DNA from: the human T2T-CHM13v2.0 reference genome, Homo sapiens
Direction: 5' to 3' (one strand)
Length of the DNA stretch: 64,000 nt
NCBI RefSeq assembly: GCF_009914755.1
Contig: NC_060925.1
Part shown: positions 46,053 to 60,039 of the stretch, in pieces
How positions within the stretch are numbered: position 1 is the stretch's first letter
Layout: each line of letters begins with the position of its first letter
Program-made: the position numbers and the translations under genes
The notes under the pieces: model-generated
What the model saw: only the letters and a program-made list of their open reading frames with translations
Told to the model about the DNA's origin: nothing
Database searches by the model: none

Positions 46053-49000
46053 GTGAGTCGGGGAGAGGGGCGCCCCGCACGGACCCCGGCCCCTGAGAAG
46101 CGCGGGTTGGGCGGGCGCCGCGGACCCTCGGCGGTGAAAGCGCGCTCCGCCGTCCTCGGTCCGGCGCTGGCGGAGGGTGAGGGTCCCGCTCGTCTTTGTG
46201 TGCAGACTCCTCTTCCCTTCTCGGCCGGGGGTCTAGGGGGCCGCTAGTCCGTGCTCCCGCCTTTGCCGCCGTGGTGCAGCTCGGGCGGCGCCCGGGACGG
46301 CCGGGGGAGCAGCCCGCGGGCTCCTGCGTGCGCCGTGATCCCCTCTTGTTCCTTCTCCCTCCTCCACCTTCACTTTTCCCGACGCCTGGCTTCGCGCCCG
46401 GCGGCTCCTCTCTTCCTTTGTATCTCTCCTCCCGGAGGCGGGGGAGGGGGCCCATTGTCCCCAAGGGGCGCTGTTCGAGGGCGGGGAGGGGACCGGCCGC
46501 GATTCCTCGCCCGGGCCAGGTCCGCGGGGCTAGGGCGTCGCCCGTCTGGGGCGGCGCCGCCCAGAGCCCTCGCCCCAGGTATGGGGACCCAGGCGGCTTT
46601 GTTCGGAGCCCGGCCTCGGGCCAGCCAGGCCCAGCCCACACGCACATTTCTCTTTCCCTGCCTCAGTGCTTCGGGCGGGCACAGCTTCGAGGGACTCCGG
46701 TTTGGCCACCCCCGGCTGCAGCCTTTGGGCTGGTGGGTTGGTTTTGGGGGCTGAATTAAATCGAGTGATCGATGAGGAAGCTAATTTTACCAAAAGGAGC
46801 GTACGGTCTCCCTGTTGCTTTACTTCCCTTTCCGTTCTTTATTCTCACTTGTTCTTTCTCCTTCGTTCTCTCCTTTCCTTTCCTCCTTGCCTTTCTTTGG
46901 CACAGGAGGCTCCAGACAATGCCCAGTGTCTGGCCAAGGTACGGGCGGAGGGTAATAGGTCGGAGAATTTGCTCCTGGCGCCGGCGCGGAAGGGTCGAGG
47001 TGTGGAGGGCAGTGATTTCTCAGGTGCGGAGGGCAGTGATTTCTCAGGTGCGGCCGGGAGAACTGGGGGCGTGGGGGCGCTGTCCCGAGAGCCGCCTGGC
47101 CTCAGCCACTCCCCTTTTTATTCCACCTGTGCCTGTTTTCCGTGCCTTTTGTTCGCGAGGATCTCGTGAAATCACTGCAGAGAAAGGGGAGAAATAACTT
47201 TTGAGTATGTGTGTGCCCAGCTAGGGTGGGAGTGAAAGCCAATGGGTTAATTGAAAGGCAAAATGTTTTCTTATTTTTCACGTCTACTCATAGATTGGGA
47301 ATCTTAGAACTGTGAGACTTTAGAGTCCATCTAGTGAATGCTTTACTTAGCCAGCCAGGAATCTCTTGTGCAACATTCTGTACAAGTGCTTACCCAGTCT
47401 GAAAACACACCACCCAAGAGAAAATACCTTAGGAGCCCCTTCATTCCGTTTCTTAGATAGCATTAATTGTTCTTATATTGGGGAGGATTGCATGGTAAAT
47501 GAATTACATAAAGTTTAATTCTTTTACATTGGTTAGTTTCTCAGGCATTATTGGCCTTTTTCCCTTACACTTTGTGCATTCTATAATTGATTATAGTGAA
47601 TTATCAATGAAAGGAAATGGGTATAGTTTTATTTTAAATTTTTAAATTTTTTATTTTTTTCATGCCTACCAGAGTGCATTCATTCGTTTTTATAATTACA
47701 AAATATTTTAACTTTTGCCTACTTAAATGACTTGTGCTTCAAAGGAAACTAAAATGTAAGTAGAATACTTTTAAAAAGTAAACATAGGAAAACAGTGGAG
47801 GCATGTTATTTAGATTTAACTCTTAAGATTTTTAAAAAATTCACTTTGTATCACACTAAAGAATAACAGTTTTAAGGAAAAACATTTTAGTGAATAATAA
47901 AATGTGATTTTAAAAGTTTTTTTTTTAAACTTATGGTACTACCTAAGGAAACGATTCCATTCCTCTACTGTCTCCTATAATTTGGTTACTTTCAGCATTT
48001 AAAGAGTTTCTCAGCAATCTGAAAAGATAAACTGTAGAAGAGATGGGAATTTTTGTTCTAACTAAAATTTGCTTTGTGTCCTTTGGAAATTCTGAAAAAG
48101 ATTTTTAATTTTTCTCAACATTTAATACATCTCCATATTTTAAGATTTTTAGTTTGAGGATTTGAGGGAAACATTTATTAGAAACTAAGTAATGTAGAGT
48201 GAACTAATATCAACTTGGTGTCTGAAACTTAGATAAGCAGAACTTGGTGTAGAGGACTATTGTTGGGACTAGAAGAAACCTTAGAAAAATTTGAGTATGC
48301 TTCCTCTTTTTACTGTTCTCAGTTTTGAAAAAGGATTATACTTCTAATGGATTGTAATGTAATACAAACAACCTGTACTGTGCTCTTGCCATTGAGGAAT
48401 TTGAGGTTGGGAAATTCTCTCGAAATTTTGGATTTAGAAACCAGTTCTCCTATTATTTCATATTTAGAATCACATTACTGTCCCAAAGAGTTAATTATTG
48501 AGAATATGTTGTTACAGAAAAATGATATGTAGCCATGCACTTAAACCTGAGTCTGTTTCTTGTAACAATCATTGGAATTTTTATTGCTATTTTAATGCTT
48601 CTTAAGTCTTATGTTAAATTTGAGAAAAAAAGGAATTCAATAGAACGGCTCTAATACTGACTTTGGGGGACTTTTGTAGTGATGTGCTGAGTGGATCGTG
48701 TCAGACTTTGGTTGCGTAGTTGTTAGGGGATATGAATTAACTTGTAATAAATTTGAGCTGTGCTTACAGGGATTTCTAGTGTTCCAAATGAGTAAATAAG
48801 TTAGTGAATATATACTACAGTCACAGTTTTGCATTGTATTCTGGGTAATACCAAGGAAAGAGATGATACTGTCTTCACTTCTTCAGGATGCGTGGTAACA
48901 TCTTAGGCATTGCTTATTGTGTTCATTTCTTTATTACATAGCAAGAATGGATGGATCAGATAGCCAAATATGAATTAATAATTTCACAAAGCACAGATTT

Positions 49001-49366
49001 TGAAATTACTAGCTTTTTTTTAACAGATAGGGACATTAGAGATTGGAAAAGACCTATGTTTAGTAAATAAGTTTTACTTATTAAGAAATAGGTTTTTAGT
49101 TTTTGAGGACCTAGTTAAAGTTCGACAGAAAAAATCTGTGTATGGGTTGTGAATGTGTGTATAAATATGAAAAAAATATATGGCTGAGCACCTCACATTC
49201 ATATGATTTACTGAAAAATTTGCTACCCAAGGAAAATGCTGGACAAGTCTGGTAGTTAGAAGATGGATTCAAATATCTGATTTAATTTATAAGTGCATAT
49301 AAATCTTTTTTATGCCTTAATTTCTTGGTCGATATAATCTTTGGCCCTTAGTTTAAGAATGTGTAA

Positions 49367-49695
<329 letters not shown>

Positions 49696-50169
49696 CTTCA
49701 TCATATTATTAACTAAATGCATTTGACAAAGCTTATATCTTTTTGGAAGAAACTGAAAAATGTGGGTTGAGTGATAGATTAGGTGGATAATTTATGTATT
49801 ATCCTCAGTGTTAACCTTTTAATACTTTATTATCTTGGCTTCATAACACTTTATATAGCACTTAAATTTACATTGTAAGTGACTAGATTGTCCTTGAGTG
49901 TAGAAAGGCTGGATTCATCTTTGTTTTCACTGACCAAGACAATGCTTGTAGGTGATCATGCATGTTTTGCCCAATTGCATTAATAGTTGATTGCATTACC
50001 CAGAGTATTGATTACTAATTAGCAAGTGTATCTTTAGGGTTCTGAAGGCCTTTGTAGATGGTGATAGGTTAGGTGATCTGGATAACAGCTCAAGAAAGTC
50101 TAAAGCTGAAACCAAAATTATAAAGTTAAGTTTTACTACTTGGGTTAAACATTTTTGTCAAGTAAAATG

Positions 50170-50500
50170 GTAAAAGGATGGGGAAGAAAAGACCTACAGG
50201 TAATTTCTGGTGAATTTACTTGATTGATAGCTTGGTAATGTGACTGCCTAAATAATTGGTGAAATCTTAGGCCACATTAATAGATTTATCTGTAACAAAG
50301 GAATTGGGTCTCATAGTCTACTGGTTAGACCATATCTGTAATATATATGTATATTTTTAGAGATGGGGTCTTGCTATATTCTCAGGCCAGTCTTGAACTC
50401 TGTGCTCCACAATTGTCCTTCCTTAAGCTCTCAAGAAGCTGGGACTGTCTATAATATTGACTTTAATTTTACTTCACATTTTTTGGAGGGTGCTTGTCTA
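50170..50500 (+). mobile_element. Possible L3/CR1 remnant
   Basis: GAAAAGACCT..., ATCTTAGGCCACATTAATAG, CTGGTTAGACCATATCTG. Confidence 0.45.
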
Positions 50501-52062
50501 GAGGAGGTTGACAAAGAAAATTCATTATTAATGTAAACTGAATTGCTTCTCCAAAAGTAAATGAAAGGCCGTGAAACTGCTGTAGGAATTCAGTTTTGTT
50601 TTAAAAATACAATAATTTTGTGTCTATTATTTGGGAAGCACTGTTATGTTTGGTGAGATTTATGAAGGCTTATGATATTGGCCCTGCCCTGACAAAAGGT
50701 AGAGTTGCTTTGAGATGATATAACTTTACTGTAAACTCCAAAATACTTCCCTACATTGATACCACTGCCCAGAATGCCCTCTGTTGACCAATTCCTATCA
50801 ACCCCATGCCTCCAGACTACCCATTCTGGATATTGTCTTATGGGACTACCACCTTATATTACGGTTATTATAGTTATTTCTTGTGTATTCAAATCTTAGG
50901 GAAATTGTCATGGTATAAATACTTAAATATCTTACATTCCCTTTTGTTGGTAGAAATTGTTGTGTTCAACATTGTATTACAGACGTTATTGCTATTAGTT
51001 AAGGAGGATGAGTGAGAGGTATCAAGATATCTGTTTATGTCACCATTCCATAATGACTATAATAAGTTGGAAGCTAGAGAGCTGCCTCTAACCAGTATCT
51101 CCTTTGCATAGCCACTCATACTCCATTTACTTCCATTTGCTTGCTTTCTTTGCCTTTTTCTTAAAATATTTGCTCTCTCTCCTTCCCCCACCCTATAAAC
51201 CTATAAAATATGATTTTGGCTGGAAACTTTAAAAAAACCTATTCTACCAACTTTTTCCTCTGTCAGCTAGTTTGTAGAGAGGAAATAGTAAGAGAAATAG
51301 TAATGGCTTATAAATGTCAAATACCTTCTGTGTATATCAACAAGTGCTGTCTTATTTAATAATCTTCAATCTTTAAACATTTTCACTTCAATAGCAAAAA
51401 AAAATCTGTCTTGGGGAATATATCTATAGAATATTAAAAACTGGTAGGAAAGGTTATGTAAAGGTTTTGTTCTATAGAATGTGAAAGCCGTTCCATATTT
51501 CAGTTCAGGCCATGTCTATCTAATACACCTGAAACACGTAAACAGGACTGATGCTTGTTCATTCAACAGATGTTTATTTCATGCCTATTATGGCTTCAGC
51601 ACTAAGCTAGGCTTTGTGGGGCATACTAAAAGAATCAATTAGATATCAGCATGAGCCTCAAAGCAACCCTAAAACAACTAGAAAGTAATAGATGGACTTT
51701 AGGGCTATGAAAAGTGACTTTTCATTCTAGGTATCACAGGAAAATCTTTAGGAAGACTGTCATTTGACCTAGGTTTTGGAATAAGAAGGGTTATGCAGGT
51801 GGGGGTTCCTGACAGGTTCCTAGAGGGCAGATATTGTGTCTTACTCATTGCTTATTCATTGTCTGATTCATTGCTGTATCCTGCCTGGATTAGCCTGACA
51901 TTAGTAGGGTCTTTAATAAATGTTTGTTGGACTGACCTGAGTCTAGTGTTGCGTTTGACTTGAATTTGAGTGCACAATGTCTGAAAGTAGTGATGAAGGG
52001 TAGACTGGAACCAGGCAGGCAAAGAGGTTGGTCTGGCTGATTGCTTGATTCATGAACCTCTT

Positions 52063-52106
52063 GTGTGTGTGTATGGGTGTGTCTGTGTGTGTGTGTGTGT
52101 GTGTGT
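52063..52106. repeat. Imperfect (TG)n
   Basis: Direct reading. Confidence 0.9.
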
Positions 52107-52411
52107 AGTTACACATTTGTATATAATCAAACCACTTTTCAGACCATTTAAAAATTCACAGAAGAAAATCTTAGTTTATTGGTAGAAGGGATTACCTCTT
52201 GCTTCTGAATACTTTGGTGGCAGGAGGGGAATACCTCTGGGTTTTAGAAGATGAAAGTGTATTTATTTTAGCGCCGCTGCAAGAATATTTGAAGGATGTT
52301 ATTTCCTTTAATAATATGTTACTAATTTGAAATTAGTTTTATTTTTAAATATATATTATTACTACAGCTCGTTTATATTGTTTTTTATTTTCCCTTTATC
52401 TGTGACTGTAT

Positions 52412-53290
<879 letters not shown>

Positions 53291-54236
53291 GCTGGTGGAC
53301 AACTATATTTTTACTTCTATATCAGTTTAAATATCAGTGCTTTTTCTGGAGGTGAGAGGGTGTTCACTGGGAAAAATGCAGTTAGTTTAGATCCCCACTC
53401 TTCTGCTTTAATTCCTAGTTTCATGAGCTGATTTATGTACTAAGAGTATTCTAATAAGAAAATATTTTAGAATATTTGAAATATCACCTTCTAATTGATG
53501 ACAATGATAAATGCTTTAAAACTGCAAATTGTGCTTTAAAAATAATAAAAGTAATCTGTTAGTGTTACAGATAATTTTAATATTGTCATCTGTGCCTTTC
53601 GGCATTTTCCTTTTTTTCCCAAAATAAGTTGTATTAACTTCTATGATTGGTTTTACAGAATTTTCATTGACTAGTTCTTTGAAACCTCTTTTATACTATA
53701 GGGGGATGCCGTCGGGCATTGTGAGATGTTATCTACCTGGGCATGGGGGTACACCCCTCTAGTCTCAACTATTTGGGAGGTTGAGGCAGGAAGATCGCTT
53801 GAGCCCAGGAATGAGTCCAGCCTGGGCAATATAATGAGACACTATCTCCAAGGAAAAATAATGTCTGACTGCTTTTTGTAATGTGGGAGTCAGCATTTAG
53901 AATCTGTATGGAGCCCAAGAAAAAAAATCTCTAATAACAAGGATAAAAGTTTATGTAAAGTGTCCATGTTGAATCCAAATTAGTTATTCATGTTTGGCAA
54001 TTGGGGCATTTTTTCCTTAAGTTCTTGATAGATAACTAATCAGCAGACTTTACAAATATCTCATGAAAGACGGGAAATACTAGTATTTGTATACTTGTTA
54101 TAGTTTGAAAAGAATCAGTGTATAGAGTGAGATTTTTCTATTTTTGGTACATCATAATTTTGTTGTTTTTAGGGAGTAAAGGATATCTGTTTTGTTTTTG
54201 CTGTGTCCTTGCTGCACACCCAATTTATAGAAAAGG

Positions 54237-54541
54237 AGCCAGGTGCAGCTGCTCATGCTTGTAATTCCAGCACTTTGGGAGACCAGGGTGGGTGGAGCTC
54301 TTGAACCCAGAGAAACCAGCCTGGGCAAGATGGTGAAACCCCTTCTCTACCAAAAAAAAAAAAAAAAAAAAAAGCAAAAATAAGCTGGGCGTGGTGGTGG
54401 GCACCTGTAGTCCCAGCTACTCAGGAGGCTGAGGCGGGAGGATCACCTGAGCCCAGGAGTCGAGGCTGCAGTGAGCTGGTATCTGCCTCTGCACTTTAGC
54501 TTGGGTGATAGAGCAAGACCCTGTCTCAAAAAAAAAAAAAA
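54237..54541 (+). mobile_element. Alu (J-like)
   Basis: Dimer with expanded middle A tract. Confidence 0.88.
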
Positions 54542-54648
54542 TCGTTGCTTTTGGGGGAGTATTTACAGGGGATGACAAGCCACTGAATCCCTCTATTGAT
54601 TCAACAAATTTGAGTGCTTAATATATGCCAATTGCTTTTCTTTCTTAT

Positions 54649-54934
54649 CTTTTTTGAGACAGGGTCTCACTTCCATAGCCCAGGCTGGAGTGCAGTGGTG
54701 CCATCACAGCTTACTGCAGCCTCGACCTACCTGGCTCAGGTGATCCTCCATCCTCAGCCTCCTGAGTAGCAGGACTACAGGTGCTTGCCACCACACCCAG
54801 CTAATATTTGTATTTTTTGTAGAGATAGCGTTTAGCCATATTGCCCAGGCTGGGATCTTCTGGGCTCAAGTGATCCATCTGCCTCAGCCTCCCAAAGCAC
54901 TGGGGATTACAAGTGTGAGCCACTGCGTCTGACC
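54649..54934 (-). mobile_element. AluJ-like
   Basis: Dimer. Confidence 0.88.
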
Positions 54935-55463
54935 TCCAACCACTATTCTGAATTGTATCACCATTGATTACTTTTGTAGGTTTTAAAATTTCATATAAAT
55001 GATACCGTATGGTAAGTACTCTTTTGCACCTTCTTCCTTTTTAACATCTGTTTTCTTCCATTTTGCATCTTCTTCCTTGGTATCTGTGAGACTCATCCTT
55101 CCGTGGTTAGTTGCAATGTTCTATTTTATGTATAGAATTTGTGTTTTCTTCTGCCATTTGCTTGGGGTCATTACTGGTCTGGGACTACCTTAAACTAGTT
55201 TTAAAATGTGCAGTTCCCTTGTGTGGTTGTTGGATTTTGATTTTTTTCCCCTGTATCTCTTGCTAGACTAGCAAAACAGTGATTCTAATTTTTCAAGATT
55301 GGCAAACATCCTCAGGGCAAGAGTAGCTTATGTGCTCTTTTACCTTTCTGGATTCTCCTTTTTACTTCACGTTTCTTGGCTTATCTTTGATGATTTAAAA
55401 ATTTTGATATATATTTTATCCAGATTTTTTATTAAGTTAAATAGTGATAGTTGACCCAGATAA

Positions 55464-55839
<376 letters not shown>

Positions 55840-56457
55840 GGAAACAGGAATTTCTTATATTAAGTTTTTAATTTTTGCTATTTTGATTTCTAAGAGCTGT
55901 GTTTTTTTGGTTTTGTTTTCTGAATGTAATTTTAAAATAGCATCTTCTACTAGTATCTTGGAGCAATATCTTCTCTTAGTTCTTTTTATAGATCAAAGAC
56001 AGGTTTTTGAGGAGGAAAACTGGATATCCACATGCAGAAGAATGAATTTTTTGTTTTTAGATAGAGATGGGGTCTTACTGTGTTGCCCATGCTGGTCTTG
56101 AACTTCTAGGCCCAAGTGATCCTCCTGCCCCAGCCTCTCAAAGTGTTGGGATTACAGGCATGAGCTACCGTGCCCAGCCCAGAAGAATGAAACTAGACCT
56201 TCATGTCACACCATATACAAAAATCAACTTAAAATGGCTTAAAGACTTAAACATAGGACCTGAAACTGTAAAAATACTAGAAGAAAATATAGTTCCATGA
56301 CATTGATCTGGGCAGAGATTTTTTAGTTATGACTCCAAAAACACAGGCAACAAAAGCAAAATGGACAAGAGGGATTACATCAAGCTAAAAAGCTTCTACA
56401 CAACAAAGGAAGCAATCAACAGAGTGAAAAGACAGCCCATGGAATGGAAGAATATTA

Positions 56458-57061
<604 letters not shown>

Positions 57062-57561
57062 ATATTTGTAAACTATGGGTCTGAAAAGTGGTTAATACTC
57101 AAAATATGTAAGGAACTCAGACAACTCTAGCAAGAAAACAACTTGATTAAAAAAATGGGCTGAGGACCTGAGCATAAATTTCTGGAAAGAAGACATGTAA
57201 TTGGCCAACATGTATATGAAAAAATGCTCAACATCTCTGATCATCAGGGAAATGCAAATTAAAGCCCCGATGAGATACCACTTTACACCTGTTATAGGAC
57301 TGTTACTAAAAAAAGGAAAGATAAATGTTGGTGAGGATGTGAAGAAAACGGAACCCTTGTACATTGTTGATGGGAATGTAAATTAGTGCAGCCATTATGG
57401 AAAACAATATGACAGTTCCTCAAAAAATTAAAAATAGAATTGCCATATGGCCTAGCATCCCACTTCTGTGTATTTATCCAAAGGATAGGAAATTAGTATG
57501 GTGAAGAGATACCTGCATCCACTTTCTTTGCAACATTATTCACACTAGTCAAGATACGGGA

Positions 57562-57690
57562 TTGCTATGATTTGAATGTTTGTGTCCCCTCCAAAATACA
57601 AGTTGAAGCTTAATCTCTAATACAAGAGTACACATTAAGTGCCCCTTCTCTGAAATGGTTGGAGAAGACCAGAAGTGTTTTGGATTTCAG

Positions 57691-57739
<49 letters not shown>

Positions 57740-58222
57740 TGGGATATTGAAATATTGGCATTATACTTATCAATTGAGCATCCCAAATCTGAAAATCCAA
57801 AACCTGAACTGCTCCAATGAGCATTTCCTTTGAGCATCATGTTGGCACTCAAAAGGTTTTGGAACATTTCCGATTTTGGATTTTCAGATTTGGGATGCTC
57901 AATCTGTTTTAAGCAGTGGGGCCTTTAAGAAGTGATTAGTCTGTAAGGGCTCTGCCTTCATGGATGGGATTACAGCCCTTATAAAAGGACTTGAAGGAGA
58001 GAGTTCACACTTTCCATTCCTATTTGCCCTTTTGGTGTGTGACGACATAGCACCAAGGCGCTATCTTGGAAGCAGAGAGCAGCCTTCACCAGATACCAGT
58101 TTTCCTGGCACCTTGATTTTGGACTTCCCAACCTCCAGAACAATGACAAATAAATTTCTGTTCTTTATAAATTACCCAGTCTCAGATACTTTCTTTTAGC
58201 AGCACAAATGGGACTGAAACAG
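57562..58222 (+). mobile_element. MST/MLT1A-like MaLR LTR containing a Tigger4/MER46-like element and (TG)n (57692-57735)
   Basis: TGCTATGATTTGAATGTTTGTGTCCCCTCC...AATAAATTTCTGTTCTTTATAAATTACCCAGTCTC; GAGCATCCCAAATCTGAAAATCC inverted copies. Confidence 0.75.
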
Positions 58223-58317
58223 GAGGCAACGTAAATGTCCATCAGTGAATGAATGGATAAAGAAAATATCTGTTTTCACAGTGGAATACTACTCAGTTCT
58301 TAAAAAGAAGGAAATCC

Positions 58318-58358
58318 CAGGCACATGTTTTCAGGATCTCCTGTGGGATGTGTCACAG
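58318..58358 (+). mobile_element. 41-nt tailless retroposed fragment of a MER4-group LTR R region
   Basis: 16-bp TSD at a TT|AAAA site; homologous to the reverse complement of 10878-10916. Confidence 0.8.
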
Positions 58359-60039
58359 AAAAAAAAGGAAATCCGGTCATTTACGATAACATGGATGAAC
58401 CTGGAGGATTTCATGTTAAGTGAAATAAGCCAGGTACAGAAAGACAAATATCACATAATCTCACTTACATGTGGAGTGTAGAAAAGTTGAACTCATAGGA
58501 ACAGAGCAAAATGGTCGTAACCAGAGGCTGGGTGTGGGGAGAAGTGGGGAGATGTTTGTCAAAAGACTTAAACTTTCAGTTATGCAGGAAGAATAAGTTA
58601 AAGAGATCTATTGTACATCATGCTGACTACAGTTAATAATGTATACTTGAAAGTTGCTGTAAGAATAGTTTTATATCATAAATATATATAATTTTTACTT
58701 GTCAATTAAAAATAAAAATAGGTTTTTTATGTTTAGTTTTCTTATCTTTGCATAATATCTGTAACCTCCAAGTTTGCATTTTTTTCTTTGTCGGTTTTGG
58801 TTTCTGTCTTTCATGTTAGAGGCTTTCCTCAAGTATTTTATGATTCCAGGACTCTGGAAAGATGTCTGTTAAAATTAGGGCATACTGAGCTCTGATATGC
58901 TCTGCCTGTAAATTTAGAGTTTGGATTGTTTGAAGTTTTTGATCCTTTTAAAGGAATTTTGCTTGTTTACGCTGGAGTGTTCAGATCCCTTTTTTCTTTT
59001 CCAATCCTTTTGTGAAGGCCCAGGAGGTATGCAGGGTCTTCCCAGGGTAGAAGCAAGTTGAAGTGTTGATGTCACATATACCATTGCTGTTTATGGTGTT
59101 GGGAGCACAGTTTGAATTTTTTCTTAATCAGGTGCTTAAACAAATAGCTTGTCTTATGTAACAAGAAATTTGGAGGTAGGCCGTCACTGGCGTGGGTTCA
59201 CGAGATCAACACTCTCAGAGTCAGCATATGTGCAATTGTTTTGGACTTTCCTTTGTAGTTATAAGGTGATAGTTGCAGTTCTAACCATCGTGTTTGTATT
59301 TAAGGCGCAAAAAAAAAAGCAGGGAACAACATCAACAATGTTTGCCTCTTTATCACAAATGCAAAAGCTTTTCTAGAAACCCTACAAAAAACATCTCCCT
59401 TATTCTCACTCTCCAGAGCTGGGTGCATTGTACCTGAACAAAATTAGGATTCTGTTAGGAAGAAGAGGAATAGGTATAAGGTATGCCAAAGCAAAGAATA
59501 TAAGATCTCTGTCTCCAAGGAATTAATGATGGCTTTGTAGAGGGAAAACAAATATGTGGATATTTGAATTATTACATGGGAGTTAAGAAAAGGATAATAA
59601 TACAAGTAACTGATCTGACATTTTAAGAAGAGATGACATCTTAAGGGATCTCACAAAGCCCACCATCATTTTAAGAGGCCTGTTAGTGAAGGACTCGTGT
59701 GTCTTAGCTGGACTCTATGGACCACTTCTTACTTGTCACACATCATGCCATGCTGACATCACCTGCCAGAATGGAAGGGTGTTTTGAGCAAGTATCCAGA
59801 ATTGATGGGCAGTGCATGGTGGAGTTGACCTGACTCAAGACAGATGAGAAGATACTTTAGGGACTGAGGAAAGAGTCATGAAACAAAAGGCCAGAAATTT
59901 ATTTTGTGAGTAGAAGATTTCCCTGGATGTTGGAAACAAAGATCTATATTTAACCCAAATCTCTTAGTCACCTAAATATAATACCAAGCTATAAATTTGT
60001 CTACAGAGAATAAGAGGCCATCAGCCTGGAGTTACTTTT

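Larger units (their letters stand above)
45540..47170 (+). promoter_or_regulatory. FNBP1L: CpG-island promoter with GC boxes; initiator-like CTCACT at 45877 and 45881
   Basis: Very high GC and CpG density against an AT-rich background; CCCCGCCCCC at 45765; no TATA box. Confidence 0.9.

Noticed and set aside
45498-47197. Long overlapping ORFs (e.g. 374 aa on the minus strand)
   Set aside because: Low-complexity Pro/Gly/Arg products expected from stop-poor CpG-island DNA; only MSWGTELW with its splice donor is supported
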